Assembly (NCBI GenBank): GCA_963530895.1
Contig: CAUSFO010000001.1
Coordinates: 203 to 64,202, forward strand
Length of the DNA stretch: 64,000 nt
Direction of reading: 5' to 3'
Source of the DNA: an uncultured Flavobacteriaceae bacterium
GTDB lineage: Bacteria > Bacteroidota > Bacteroidia > Flavobacteriales > Weeksellaceae
Position numbers and translations under genes: made by a program. The notes beneath the pieces were generated by a model. That model ran no database searches. It was not told where the DNA came from and was given only the letters and a program-made list of their open reading frames with translations. Of the stretch, positions 29,872-40,673 are shown one piece after another. How positions within the stretch are numbered: position 1 is the stretch's first letter; each line of letters opens with the position of its first letter.

Positions 29872-31062
29872 ATGAAAACGATTAAACAATTTGATTTTTC
29901 TGGTAAAAAAGCCTTGGTAAGAGTAGACTTTAATGTCCCTCAGGATGAAAACCTAAAGGTAACGGATAATACCAGAATCACAGCTGTGAAACCTACTATT
30001 GAAAAAATTCTTTCCGATGGCGGTTCAGTTATCCTGATGACGCATTTAGGACGACCAAAAGGAGAGAAAAATGATAAAAACTCACTAAAACACATTCTTC
30101 CTGAGATAGAAAAGATTTTGGGTAAATCTGTAAAATTTGCTGAGGACTGCATCGGTGAAGAGGCAGTAAAACTGGCTTCTGAGCTGAAAAGCGGAGAAAT
30201 TCTCCTATTAGAAAACCTTAGATTCTATAACGAGGAAGAGAAAGGAGACAAAGCATTTGCAGAAAAATTAGCCAAATTAGGCGATGCGTATGTCAATGAT
30301 GCCTTTGGTACGGCTCACAGAGCGCATGCTTCTACAGCTGTTATCGCTGAGTTTTTCCCTCAGACTAAGTTTTTCGGGCTGCTTATGGCGAAAGAATTAG
30401 AGGCGATAGATAAAGTCCTTCACTCAGGCGAAAAGCCTATTACGGCGATACTTGGTGGTTCTAAAGTTTCTACCAAAATCACTATTATAGAAAATATTCT
30501 GCCAGTGGTGGATAATCTGATTATCGGTGGTGGAATGGCTTTTACTTTTATCAAAGCGCAGGGCGGAAATGTAGGAAATTCTTTGGTGGAGGATGACAAG
30601 CTGGATTTGGCTTTAGAAATTTTAGAAAAGGCTAAAAATCAGAATGTTAAAGTTTATATTCCTGTAGATGTTATCGCAGCGAAAGAGTTTAACAATGATG
30701 CAGAAAGAAAAGAAGTGACAGCAAATGAAATTCCAGACGGCTGGATGGGGCTGGATGTAGGAAGCGAGTCACAAAAAATAAATAACGATGTGATTATGAA
30801 TTCCAAAACTATTCTTTGGAATGGTCCTTTGGGAGTTTTTGAAATGTCTAATTTTGCTGAAGGAACTAAGGCTTTGGGAGACAGCATAGCAGAGGCTACT
30901 AAGACTGGTGCGTTTTCTCTCGTAGGGGGAGGGGACAGTGTAGCATTCGTGAAGCAGTTTGGCTACGCAGATAAGGTTTCTTATGTATCCACAGGTGGTG
31001 GAGCAATGCTGGAAAGCCTTGAAGGACTGGAACTTCCAGGAGTATCAGCTATTAATAAATAA
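29872..31062 (+). CDS. pgk: phosphoglycerate kinase
   Basis: 396 aa. RVDFNVP, SHLGRP-like HLGRPKG and GGGDS motifs. Confidence 0.96.
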   Translation: MKTIKQFDFSGKKALVRVDFNVPQDENLKVTDNTRITAVKPTIEKILSDGGSVILMTHLGRPKGEKNDKNSLKHILPEIEKILGKSVKFAEDCIGEEAVKLASELKSGEILLLENLRFYNEEEKGDKAFAEKLAKLGDAYVNDAFGTAHRAHASTAVIAEFFPQTKFFGLLMAKELEAIDKVLHSGEKPITAILGGSKVSTKITIIENILPVVDNLIIGGGMAFTFIKAQGGNVGNSLVEDDKLDLALEILEKAKNQNVKVYIPVDVIAAKEFNNDAERKEVTANEIPDGWMGLDVGSESQKINNDVIMNSKTILWNGPLGVFEMSNFAEGTKALGDSIAEATKTGAFSLVGGGDSVAFVKQFGYADKVSYVSTGGGAMLESLEGLELPGVSAINK

Positions 31063-31079
31063 TTGTAATTATAATAAAT

Positions 31080-31114
31080 AAGCGAACTCTAGATTTTAGG
31101 GTTCGCTTTTTTTA
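31080..31114 (+). terminator. rho-independent terminator after pgk
   Basis: AGCGAAC (31081-31087) / GTTCGCT (31101-31107), followed by a T7 run. Confidence 0.65.
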
Positions 31115-31156
31115 TGAATATTTTACTCAAAAATATTTTATATACATGAAAATTTA

Positions 31157-31969
31157 TTAAGTACAATCCCAATTATACATTACATCATCAAACTGGCATT
31201 TTGCCAAATCTTCTGGGTTTATAAAGAAGTTGGCTACGCCACAATCACCCCATATAATCTCTACATCTTCTATTTCATCAGAATCTATTTGAAGAAGAAG
31301 TAAGGTATGAGGGTCATTGTCTTTACGAGGATCATCTTGGGTGAAGTAAGGATAACCACCAATCTTGTGTCCTGTGCTATCTAAATCATGAATAAAATCA
31401 GCTTCATCAGGTAACTGATATAGATACTCTATTTTGTCTGAAAAGGTTTTATTCCACTTTTCTATAAAAAGTTTTTGTGCGGAATTTTCGTCCAATGAAA
31501 AAGTTTCAATTTCTTTGGTAAAATGTAAAGCAAACTGCAAATCAGCATCAAAAGGCAGATTGTCATTATCAAAAACATAGTCCTCTATAAAATTATCAAT
31601 GGACAAAGCTTCGCCAATAGTAGGGTAGTAGAGTACTCGCTTAAAGTCATTACTGCAAGGATTGTCAAAGTCTAGCCCAAATAGATAATCTTCAGTGTCT
31701 GCTATCCAGAACTGCAATAGACCTTTTTTAGGATAGATATTGTTTTCGGGTAGTTGTTCACAGTTAATTTGTGCCAGCATAAAGAGTGGTTTGCCTTCAG
31801 CACTTGTAGGTAATGAGCCTCCTTTTGGGACATAGGGTATACCACCAAATTTACTATCGGTAATTGTTAAGTTATTAGATAAAGATAGTTTGATACGAAT
31901 CATCTCCCGCTGTGTAGCAGCATTAAGGTCAGCAACTAATTGCTCAATTTGTTCTTGTGTAGGAATCAT
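31157..31969 (-). CDS. DUF1963 (YwqG-like) domain protein
   Basis: 270 aa. SKFGGIPYVPKGGSLPTSAEGKPLFMLAQINCEQLP and HKIGGYPYFTQDDP...LLLLQIDSD are typical DUF1963 patterns (recall). Confidence 0.7.
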   Translation of the reverse strand: MIPTQEQIEQLVADLNAATQREMIRIKLSLSNNLTITDSKFGGIPYVPKGGSLPTSAEGKPLFMLAQINCEQLPENNIYPKKGLLQFWIADTEDYLFGLDFDNPCSNDFKRVLYYPTIGEALSIDNFIEDYVFDNDNLPFDADLQFALHFTKEIETFSLDENSAQKLFIEKWNKTFSDKIEYLYQLPDEADFIHDLDSTGHKIGGYPYFTQDDPRKDNDPHTLLLLQIDSDEIEDVEIIWGDCGVANFFINPEDLAKCQFDDVMYNWDCT

Positions 31970-32006
31970 TTTTATTATGTTTTTTGATAGACAAATTTAA
32001 AAAATA

Positions 32007-32753
32007 TTAAATACTCATATCTTTTACCGATTTTATATTATTTTTTGAGGAAAGAATCATCACGATTTCGGCGATGTTGTTATTATTTTCTTCGGTGGTC
32101 GCATTGAATGTTATAATATTGTTTTTCATGTTTTTATCAACTTTATTGATGATCATTTCTTTTTGTAGAAAAACTTCATAGCATTCAGAAATAATTTCTG
32201 AAACTTCAGTATTTTCATCAATTTCAATTTCAAAAATCAGATTGGAAGATTTTTTCATGAAAATAGTTTCTACCTTTTTCAGCGCTATCATGATGATGAA
32301 CATAAAAATAATAGCAATGAGTGCAATGTTATAAAATCCCCAGCCAATTCCTAAGCCTACGCAGCCAGTTGCCCAGATTCCAGCCGCGGTGGTCAGTCCG
32401 CCCACTTCACCTTTTTCTTTGATAATACTTCCTGCGCCTAGGAAACCTATTCCACTGATAACTTGCGCCCCAAGACGCCCCAAGTCTGTTTTCATAATTG
32501 CTGCAAGACCTTTGAAATCTTTTTCAAAGTCGTAAATATTCAATCTTAGTTGATCTTGCACCATCGAAACTATCGCTGCACCGAAACACACGAGAATGTA
32601 AGTTCTGAATCCAGCGGGTTTGTGTTTTCTTTCTCTTTCGATGCCGACAAGCCCTCCAAAAATGATAGCCAATAGAAGTCGTAAAAAAACAACATCCACA
32701 GTTAGCTCTCCTACAAATTTAATTTTTGATATGTTGCTAAAAAATTCAAACAT
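32007..32753 (-). CDS. mgtC: MgtC/SapB family membrane protein
   Basis: 248 aa. LLLAIIFGGLVGIERERKHKPAGFRTY signature, plus a soluble C-terminal domain. Confidence 0.85.
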   Translation of the reverse strand: MFEFFSNISKIKFVGELTVDVVFLRLLLAIIFGGLVGIERERKHKPAGFRTYILVCFGAAIVSMVQDQLRLNIYDFEKDFKGLAAIMKTDLGRLGAQVISGIGFLGAGSIIKEKGEVGGLTTAAGIWATGCVGLGIGWGFYNIALIAIIFMFIIMIALKKVETIFMKKSSNLIFEIEIDENTEVSEIISECYEVFLQKEMIINKVDKNMKNNIITFNATTEENNNNIAEIVMILSSKNNIKSVKDMSI

Positions 32754-32841
32754 GATATTTTCTTTTTAATTTAAAAATTTCTTGAAAAAGTTATTTTTGA
32801 GTAAAAAAATGACTTTAATAAACCTATTAAAAATCTATTTT

Positions 32842-33666
32842 TTAAGTTTTTTCGATAATATATATCAAACTTGAAAATTCGCCCGTTTTTGACGCTTTAA
32901 AATTAGAAATCGCTCCGTGAATTACTCCAAAAAGCCAAAAAAGAGGATTTTTCTTATATTTTTCACTTAGCATGGATATATAATAAGAATCGAGCAGGAG
33001 AGGTTTTATTTTTCTGATTTTCCAATTTTCATTATTCATCAATTTTTCCATTCCTGATTTTGAAAAATGCCAAATGTGTCTCGGCACATCATAGGCAGCC
33101 CAAAATTCTTTATATTTTTTCCCGTCGTAGGAAGTATGGTTCGGAACGGCGATGATGAGAAGTCCATTTGGTTTTAATTTTTTATGAAATATCTTCAGAT
33201 ATTTTTCCCTTTCCTCTATATGCTCGAAAACATGCCATAGAGTGATAGCATCTAGACTTTCGTTTTCTATTTCCGCGAGTTCTGGATTGGAAATGAAAAT
33301 TGTTTTTTCGGATTTTTGTTTTGCAAAATTTCTTGCATTTTCATTTGGTTCAAATCCGTAGGTAGTGTATTCGTTTTCTATAAATTTCACAAACTCTCCT
33401 GCACCGCATCCGTAGTCTAATATTTTCAGATGAGTTCCTATTTCATTCTTGATCATATTTTTTTTATAATTAAGATTAAATTTCTGTAAAAATTTATATA
33501 CTTTTTCTTTCAAACTTCCCGAATCCTGATGATGCGAAATGTAATTTTTACTTTCATAATATTTACCTAAATCATCGGGCAGGGGAGAAGTTTTATAAAT
33601 CCCTTGGATTTCTGTTTCTATAATTTCAAATTCTTCCTGTGAGAGAAAGTGGTCTTTTATTTTCAT
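32842..33666 (-). CDS. class I SAM-dependent methyltransferase
   Basis: 274 aa. Motif I ILDYGCGAGEF and the downstream acidic loop. Confidence 0.75.
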   Translation of the reverse strand: MKIKDHFLSQEEFEIIETEIQGIYKTSPLPDDLGKYYESKNYISHHQDSGSLKEKVYKFLQKFNLNYKKNMIKNEIGTHLKILDYGCGAGEFVKFIENEYTTYGFEPNENARNFAKQKSEKTIFISNPELAEIENESLDAITLWHVFEHIEEREKYLKIFHKKLKPNGLLIIAVPNHTSYDGKKYKEFWAAYDVPRHIWHFSKSGMEKLMNNENWKIRKIKPLLLDSYYISMLSEKYKKNPLFWLFGVIHGAISNFKASKTGEFSSLIYIIEKT

Positions 33667-33685
33667 TTTAATTTTTTATAAAACA

Positions 33686-33715
33686 ATCACAATGTTTCAC
33701 ATGAAACATTGTGAT
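33686..33715 (-). terminator. 13-bp perfect hairpin immediately downstream of mnmG
   Basis: ATCACAATGTTTC-ACAT-GAAACATTGTGAT. AT-rich flanks with a weak T-run on the minus strand. Confidence 0.45.
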
Positions 33716-33716
33716 T

Positions 33717-35579
33717 TTATTTTCCTAAATAAATTAATAAAACATTAATATCCGCTGGTGACACTCCTGATATTCTGGAAGCCTGTGCGATATTTTTTGG
33801 GCGAATATTATTCATCTTTTGTAGAGCTTCCGAAGAAAGTGAAGCTACTTTGCTAAAATCAAAATCATCTGGAATTTTTATATTTTCCATTCTCTGGAGT
33901 TTTGCTACATTTTCTTTTTCTTTTTCTATATAGCCTTTGTATTTTATATTGATTTCTGCTTGCTCTTGTATCTCTTCAGAATATTCTTTTGCTTTATTTC
34001 CTATAATTTCTATTTTAGAAAGTTTTTCTAAATTAATGTTAGGACGGGTTAATATTTGAGATGCTCTGTATGCTTGGTCTACAGGATTGCTTTCGTTTTC
34101 TTCAAGAATAGGATTTATGATGTTTGGTTTTAATGATAATTCTTTTAGGAATTCTTCCAGCTCTCCAGACTTTTTAATTTTTTCCTCTACTTTTCTGAGT
34201 CTTTCTTCTGTTGCTAAACCTATATTGTAAGATTTTTCAGTCAGACGAATATCGGCATTATCTTGTCTTAGAAGCAGTCTATATTCTGCCCTTGATGTGA
34301 ACATACGATAAGGTTCTTCTGTTCCTTTCGTGATGAGGTCGTCTATCAGTACACCTATATAAGCTTCATCTCTGCTGAGGGTAAATTCATCTTTGCCGTG
34401 AACTTTGTTATGTGCATTGATTCCTGCAATCAGACCTTGTCCTGCTGCTTCTTCGTAGCCAGTAGTTCCATTGATTTGTCCAGCGAAAAATAAATTTTCA
34501 ATCAGTTTGGTTTCCAAAGTATGTTTTAGCTGAGTAGGAGGGAAGTAGTCGTACTCTATGGCGTAGCCTGGGCGAAATATTTTAGCGTTTTCAAAACCTG
34601 GTACATGTCTTAGTGCTTTGGCCTGAATATCTTCTGGAAGCGAAGAGCTGAAACCATTTACATAGATCTCAACAGTTTTCCAGCCTTCTGGTTCTACGAA
34701 AAGCTGATGTCTGTTTCGTTCAGCGAAACGATTGATTTTATCTTCTATACTTGGGCAGTATCTTGGTCCTATACTTTGTATGGTTCCGTTGAACATTGGG
34801 CTTCTATCAAACCCAGAGCGGAGAATATCATGCACAGTTTCGTTTGTGTAAGTGATATAACAGCTTCTTTGTTCTTTGAGTTTAGGCGTATCGAGGTAAG
34901 AGAATTTTTGTGGATTTTCATCGCCTTTTTGTTCCTCCATTTTAGAATAATCCAGACTTCTTCCATCTATTCTTACAGGTGTTCCTGTTTTCATTCTTCC
35001 CGCTTCAAAACCTAAACTTACTAATTGTTCAGTAATTCCAAAGGCTTTTGGCTCACCCATTCTTCCGCCGCCGAATTGTTTTTCTCCGATATGTATTAGT
35101 CCGTTTAGGAAAGTTCCATTGGTAAGAACTACTGCTTTTCCACGGATTTCTACACCGATGTTGGTAATTACTCCTGATACTTTACCATTTTCTATAATGA
35201 TATTTTTCACCATATCTTGAAAAAAATCAAGATTAGGGGTGTTTTCTAAAGCTAATCTCCATTCCTCTGCGAAGAGCATTCTGTCGTTTTGAGTTCGTGG
35301 CGACCACATAGCGGGTCCTTTTGATAGGTTAAGCATCTTAAACTGGATAGCAGATTTATCAGCTATGATTCCAGAATATCCGCCAAGTGCATCTATTTCA
35401 CGAACGATTTGTCCTTTTGCTATTCCGCCCATTGCAGGGTTACAGCTCATCTGTCCGATGGTCTGCATGTTCATGGTAACCAGCATAGTTTTAGAGCCGA
35501 GATTAGCTGCTGCAGCTGCAGCTTCACAGCCTGCGTGTCCTCCACCTACTACGATCACATCGTATATTTCGTTTATCAT
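33717..35579 (-). CDS. mnmG: tRNA uridine 5-carboxymethylaminomethyl modification enzyme MnmG (GidA)
   Basis: 620 aa. FAD loop VIVVGGGHAGCEAA. Full-length GidA-like. Confidence 0.96.
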   Translation of the reverse strand: MINEIYDVIVVGGGHAGCEAAAAAANLGSKTMLVTMNMQTIGQMSCNPAMGGIAKGQIVREIDALGGYSGIIADKSAIQFKMLNLSKGPAMWSPRTQNDRMLFAEEWRLALENTPNLDFFQDMVKNIIIENGKVSGVITNIGVEIRGKAVVLTNGTFLNGLIHIGEKQFGGGRMGEPKAFGITEQLVSLGFEAGRMKTGTPVRIDGRSLDYSKMEEQKGDENPQKFSYLDTPKLKEQRSCYITYTNETVHDILRSGFDRSPMFNGTIQSIGPRYCPSIEDKINRFAERNRHQLFVEPEGWKTVEIYVNGFSSSLPEDIQAKALRHVPGFENAKIFRPGYAIEYDYFPPTQLKHTLETKLIENLFFAGQINGTTGYEEAAGQGLIAGINAHNKVHGKDEFTLSRDEAYIGVLIDDLITKGTEEPYRMFTSRAEYRLLLRQDNADIRLTEKSYNIGLATEERLRKVEEKIKKSGELEEFLKELSLKPNIINPILEENESNPVDQAYRASQILTRPNINLEKLSKIEIIGNKAKEYSEEIQEQAEINIKYKGYIEKEKENVAKLQRMENIKIPDDFDFSKVASLSSEALQKMNNIRPKNIAQASRISGVSPADINVLLIYLGK

Positions 35580-35626
35580 ATATTGTAAATAAGTTTAAAA
35601 ATAATAAAAATGTTTCCCGTGAAACA

Positions 35627-36034
35627 TTAAAATAAAATGATATAAAAATCTTCTTTCGCTCTCATTTCTTTTTGTTCTTCATCGGATTTGTCTTTATACC
35701 CGCAAAGGTGAAGAACACCGTGAGCCAGAACCCGCAGTAATTCTTTTTCAAAACCACTAGATAGGGTAGAAGCGTTTTCCGAAATGCGCGGCAAAGATAT
35801 AAAAATATCTCCGCTTATGGTTTTGCCTTTTACATAGTCAAAAGTGATAATATCTGTATAATAATCATGATTAAGAAAATCCTGATTTACTTTTAGCAGG
35901 TATTCATCATCACAGAAAATATAATTGATATTTCCTACTTTTTTCTCTTCATTTAAAATAAGTTTTTCAATCCATTCCGAACAATTTTCAGGAAGGGAAA
36001 TTTCCTCTACATTTTCAAAAAAATACTGTATCAT
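35627..36034 (-). CDS. ybeY: rRNA maturation RNase YbeY
   Basis: 135 aa. HGVLHLCGYKD zinc-binding motif. Confidence 0.9.
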   Translation of the reverse strand: MIQYFFENVEEISLPENCSEWIEKLILNEEKKVGNINYIFCDDEYLLKVNQDFLNHDYYTDIITFDYVKGKTISGDIFISLPRISENASTLSSGFEKELLRVLAHGVLHLCGYKDKSDEEQKEMRAKEDFYIILF

Positions 36035-36057
36035 TCTGCTTTATTTATTTCTAAAAA

Positions 36058-38220
36058 TTAGAACCAATGTCCTAAAATCACACTAAAAATTCCTTTTCCT
36101 TTATTCACAGCTTTGCTGTAGTTTAGTTTTATTTGTCCAAAAGGAGATTTGTATCCAGCGGTAATTCCACCAGAAACATCACCTACTTTTAGAATACGAT
36201 TTATTTTATGCTCATCAAAGGTATTCATAAAATTAACATGGGCTGTGATGAAATAATTTTTCTTAATTCTAAACTGAAAATCATTTCCAGCAATGATAAG
36301 ATTATCCGCACTAAAATTCCCAAACTGATAGCCTTGGAAACTTACAAAATTCCCTAAATTCTGCTCAAAAATTCCACCTGGGTAGAAATGATAATAGTAT
36401 GGAACATCTTTCCCGAAAGTTAATCCTCCGAAAAGATTCAGCCTATAAGTTACACGGCTGGAAATAGGAAAACTCATTCGGATGTCAGCTTTGGTTTGGA
36501 AAATCTGTTTTTCAATTTTTTTATTAAAAATATCTAATAATTTTCCTTCTATATTGAGATAAAAGCCTCTTGATGAGAAATCCTTGTCATTCCTCGTATC
36601 ACTTTTAATGAAAACATAAGGATTAATAAAGTTTTTTTCATTATCATAGCGGGTAGTTCCTATTTTAGACTCAAAATAATCATGGCTCATTCCTCCTCCT
36701 ATGGCATATCTATCTTTCCAAATAGATTGAAGATAAATCTCGTTTCTAAACCATTTCCATTTTCCTATTTCGTTTCTATTATCATCATTAAGTTGTAGAC
36801 TCATCCCAGAAGAATAAATCCCAAACCCAGGGAAGTAGCCATTATCTACGAAATAATTAAAATAATATCTCGGTCTATTTCCGCCCACGATGGCATCAAG
36901 GGAGAGAATAGAGTTTTGGAATAAAAACCTTTTGATGGTTGTATTGATGAGTAGCCCTGTTTTGAAAACTTCATCATAATGAAGCCCAAATTTTAGTAAA
37001 AATCGAGCGTTATCTTCTTCTAATTCCAACTTTAGAATGTTTTTCCCTTTGTCTTGTATCAGGTCATAATTGATAAGTTTATAATTATTGGTAGCATATA
37101 ATTTATCAATCATTTGGTTAATTTCAGCATAAGTCTGCAGAGAAGGAATTTTAAGGTTCATTTTCCCTTTTACATAAGATTCATTAAAAATCCTACTATT
37201 CACCAAAATAAGACTGTCTACTTTATAAATATTAGCATAGACAGGCTTACTCATCATTTTCGGTAAAGAGTCTCTTTTTGGTAATTTATTGAGTATATCA
37301 ATGTATTTTTTAGCTTCTTCATATCCTAAATTTAGGATTTTTTCTTTGTCGCCATAGCTTGTGGAAGAATATCCTTTTAGATTAGGATGAATTCTTATAT
37401 CTGTATTTTTATACTGAGTTTTATTTTCGTTTTGTATAGTGAAATCTATCACTTGGTCTAAAATCTTTATAGCCGAATTAAGCTCATCTTTATTTGCCAG
37501 AGGAAGTGTCAAGTCCACTCCGATGACAATGTCCATTCCTTTCTCTTTAAGTGGTTTTGATGGGAAATTTACTGTCATTGCGCCATCTATGTACAGACTG
37601 TCATTTATTTTCACGGGATTTATCAGCGAAGGATAGGCGGAACTCGCCATGATAGAATTCACCAAGTCTCCTTTTTCAAAAATTTTTACTTTTCCATTTT
37701 CCAGATTGGTTGCCACACACATGAAAGGAATATTGAGTTTTGAAAAATCTGTAACATTAGAAACATTGTTAAACAAATCCTTCAAGAGGAAAAGATTTTT
37801 CTGTCCTTTTGAAATGGCTTTTGGCAGGACATTGAATTTACCTTTTTCAAAAGGAATATTCAGCAGATATTTGTCATTATTTTTATCAAAAAATGGAGTT
37901 TCTTTTCGGTCTTTTTCATTGGCAAGAATTTCATAAAAATCTGTTTCTTTAATGATTTTTTCTATTTCCTTTGCCGAGTAGCCCGATGCATAAAGCCCTC
38001 CAACTATCGCTCCCATGCTGGTTCCAGAGATGTAGTCTATTTTTACTCCCAGTGAGTCTATCACTTTCAATACACCTACATGAGCAAAACCTTTCGCGCC
38101 GCCGCCCGCCAGAGACAGCCCTATTTTTGGGTTTTTCGGAATTTTCATGTTTTCTTTTACCTGAGCTTTATATAAAGTCAAAGAAAACATTATTATAAAT
38201 ATTTGAAGTAACTTTTTCAT
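36058..38220 (-). CDS. patatin-like phospholipase fused to an Omp85/surface-antigen beta-barrel
   Basis: Start trimmed to MKKLLQIFIIMFSL (signal peptide). Patatin motifs GGGAKGFAHVGVL and GTSMGA. The C-terminal about 350 aa are beta-strand-rich and end in an aromatic residue (HWF). Confidence 0.8.
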   Translation of the reverse strand: MKKLLQIFIIMFSLTLYKAQVKENMKIPKNPKIGLSLAGGGAKGFAHVGVLKVIDSLGVKIDYISGTSMGAIVGGLYASGYSAKEIEKIIKETDFYEILANEKDRKETPFFDKNNDKYLLNIPFEKGKFNVLPKAISKGQKNLFLLKDLFNNVSNVTDFSKLNIPFMCVATNLENGKVKIFEKGDLVNSIMASSAYPSLINPVKINDSLYIDGAMTVNFPSKPLKEKGMDIVIGVDLTLPLANKDELNSAIKILDQVIDFTIQNENKTQYKNTDIRIHPNLKGYSSTSYGDKEKILNLGYEEAKKYIDILNKLPKRDSLPKMMSKPVYANIYKVDSLILVNSRIFNESYVKGKMNLKIPSLQTYAEINQMIDKLYATNNYKLINYDLIQDKGKNILKLELEEDNARFLLKFGLHYDEVFKTGLLINTTIKRFLFQNSILSLDAIVGGNRPRYYFNYFVDNGYFPGFGIYSSGMSLQLNDDNRNEIGKWKWFRNEIYLQSIWKDRYAIGGGMSHDYFESKIGTTRYDNEKNFINPYVFIKSDTRNDKDFSSRGFYLNIEGKLLDIFNKKIEKQIFQTKADIRMSFPISSRVTYRLNLFGGLTFGKDVPYYYHFYPGGIFEQNLGNFVSFQGYQFGNFSADNLIIAGNDFQFRIKKNYFITAHVNFMNTFDEHKINRILKVGDVSGGITAGYKSPFGQIKLNYSKAVNKGKGIFSVILGHWF

Positions 38221-38222
38221 AA

Positions 38223-40673
38223 TCAATCTTTTACATAAATTCTTTTGACTCTTCGTGAAATGGAAGTAAGAACCTCGTAAGGTATGGTCTGGCAATAGTC
38301 TGCAAACTCTTCCAAAGTCTTACAGGAATTGAATATAACAACCTCATCACCTTCCTTTGCAGGAATTTCGCCCAAATCTGCCATCAGCATATCCATACAC
38401 ACATTTCCCACGATGGGAACTTTCTGCCCTTTGATGATTACAAAGCCCTTTTTGTTTCCTATCAGCCGAGGAATGCCGTCTGCATAGCCTATCGGAATGG
38501 TAGTGATTCTGGTATCTTTTTCTGCGATATATTTTCTGCTGTATCCTATGGAATCTCCTTTTTCTACTTTGGAAATCTGAGAAATCACAGTTTTAAATGT
38601 AGCTACATTTTGGAGCTGTTTTTCTATTTGAGGAACGCAGGAAATGCCCATCATTCCAATGCCTATTCTTACCATATCGTATTGATAATCAGTAAAATTG
38701 ATAATTCCCGCTGTATTGAGAATATGTCTAATAGGTTTATAATCAATATTTTGGATGATTTTATTTGAAACTCGTTCAAAGGTTTCCAGCTGGTGCAGTG
38801 TATATTCCTTTTCTTCGGGAACATCTGCGCAAGATAAATGGCTGAAAATACTCGCTATTTTGACATTGTATTTTTTCAAGGAATTAATCAAATCATCTAT
38901 TTCATCTTCTTTAAAACCAAGGCGATGCATTCCTGTTTCTATCTTGATATGGATAGGGTAGGTTTCTTGGATGCCTTTTGCTTGGAGCTGTTTCCCAAAT
39001 AAGTCCAAAACCCTCAGGCTGTATATCTCAGGCTCTAGATGATAATCTATGATGGTATCATAGCTGCTTTGTTCGGGATTCATCACAAGAATAGGCGTAG
39101 TGACACCGTTTTTCCGTAAATCCACTCCCTCATCTGCATAGGCAACTCCCAGATAATCAATATGATGATGCTGTAGATATTCGGCAATTTCATAGCCACC
39201 CAGTCCATAGGAAAAAGCTTTTACCATCGCACAGACTTTTGTCTCTGGTTTCAGTAAATTCTTGTGAATGTTTATATTATGCACGATGGCATGAAGATTT
39301 ACTTCAAGGGTAGTATCGTGCTTTTGTAGTTCTAAAAGTTTTTTGATTTTTTCAATTTCAAAAACTCTCGCTCCCTTTAATAAAATCAGCTGATTTTCAA
39401 TCGTATTGAGATACTGACTGTCTATAAGTTCCTGAGTGTTGTCAAAGATTTTGACTTTCCCTAAAAACAAATCTTTATACTTCGTGATGTGTTCGCCAAT
39501 GAGAATGATATTTTCAAAATCCTGCTCGTTGGTAAGTTCCGCTACTTTTTTATACAATATTTTGTCCTCTTCTATCGTGTCCAAAATATCTGTAAGGATG
39601 AGCGATTTTTTTTGCTTTTGATATTGGTTAATGAACTGATAGGCAATGATTAACGAATCCAAATCTAGATTAAAAGAATCATTGATAATCAGATTATTCC
39701 TAATGCCGTTCACACTTTCCAGACGCATTTCCACTGAATGCAGGTCTTGGATTTTGGTCACAATCTTTTCATTGGAGATTTTCAGTGATTTTAAAACGGC
39801 TACAATCGCCAGAATATTGGAAAGTGTAGCCTCATCTCGTTTTTGGAGAGAAATACTGATTTCTTCATCAAAATATTTTATACCGATGCGCTCATTAGGA
39901 TTTTTATAATCGGAAGAAATACGGACATCATTTCTTTGATTTAGTCCGAAACTGATTAAATTTTTACTTGAATAAAGTTGATTTATCAAATTATAAACCA
40001 ATTCATTATCTCCGTTATAAATAATAGTTTCACTTTCTTTGAAAAGAATGATTTTTTCATTTATCAGTTCTTCTTCATTTTTAAAATTAGAAGAATGAGC
40101 AGAACCGATGTGCGTCAAAACACCGATTTTCGGAGCGAAAATATTTTCCAATTTTGCCATTTCGCTCGGTTTAGAAATTCCGACTTCAAAGATTCCCAGC
40201 TGGTGTTCTTCATTGATTTGCAGCAATGAGATAGGAAGCCCAATCTGCGAATTGAAACTTTTGGGAGATTTTACCGTAGAAAATTCATCCCAAAGACACT
40301 GATAAAGCCATTCTTTTACAATGGTTTTGCCGTTGCTTCCTGTAATGCCGATGGTGTTTTCTAAATGTGAATTTTCTAAATGTTTTTTGGCTAAAATTTG
40401 TAAAAACTCGATGGAATTTTTGGTAATAATCCATGTAATATCTTCGTATTCAGGATAGTAGTTTTCAGAAATAATGACTTTCACACCTTTTTCTACTACG
40501 GAAGAAATGTATTTTTCGCCAGAATTATTTTTGGTGTTAATGGCAATAAACGCCGTATCCGAAATAGAATAAAGATTTCGGCTGTCAAAAGAGATATTGC
40601 TGATGAGAATATCTGGATTCCCAATCAGTTTAGAATCTGTAAGTTGCGAAATTTGTAATGTGCTGTATATCAT
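38223..40673 (-). CDS. murF/alr: bifunctional UDP-N-acetylmuramoyl-tripeptide--D-alanyl-D-alanine ligase / alanine racemase
   Basis: 816 aa. N-terminal Mur ligase (GITGSNGKT) fused to a C-terminal PLP alanine racemase (AMVKAFSYGLG, YADG). This fusion is common in Bacteroidota. Confidence 0.85.
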   Translation of the reverse strand: MIYSTLQISQLTDSKLIGNPDILISNISFDSRNLYSISDTAFIAINTKNNSGEKYISSVVEKGVKVIISENYYPEYEDITWIITKNSIEFLQILAKKHLENSHLENTIGITGSNGKTIVKEWLYQCLWDEFSTVKSPKSFNSQIGLPISLLQINEEHQLGIFEVGISKPSEMAKLENIFAPKIGVLTHIGSAHSSNFKNEEELINEKIILFKESETIIYNGDNELVYNLINQLYSSKNLISFGLNQRNDVRISSDYKNPNERIGIKYFDEEISISLQKRDEATLSNILAIVAVLKSLKISNEKIVTKIQDLHSVEMRLESVNGIRNNLIINDSFNLDLDSLIIAYQFINQYQKQKKSLILTDILDTIEEDKILYKKVAELTNEQDFENIILIGEHITKYKDLFLGKVKIFDNTQELIDSQYLNTIENQLILLKGARVFEIEKIKKLLELQKHDTTLEVNLHAIVHNINIHKNLLKPETKVCAMVKAFSYGLGGYEIAEYLQHHHIDYLGVAYADEGVDLRKNGVTTPILVMNPEQSSYDTIIDYHLEPEIYSLRVLDLFGKQLQAKGIQETYPIHIKIETGMHRLGFKEDEIDDLINSLKKYNVKIASIFSHLSCADVPEEKEYTLHQLETFERVSNKIIQNIDYKPIRHILNTAGIINFTDYQYDMVRIGIGMMGISCVPQIEKQLQNVATFKTVISQISKVEKGDSIGYSRKYIAEKDTRITTIPIGYADGIPRLIGNKKGFVIIKGQKVPIVGNVCMDMLMADLGEIPAKEGDEVVIFNSCKTLEEFADYCQTIPYEVLTSISRRVKRIYVKD

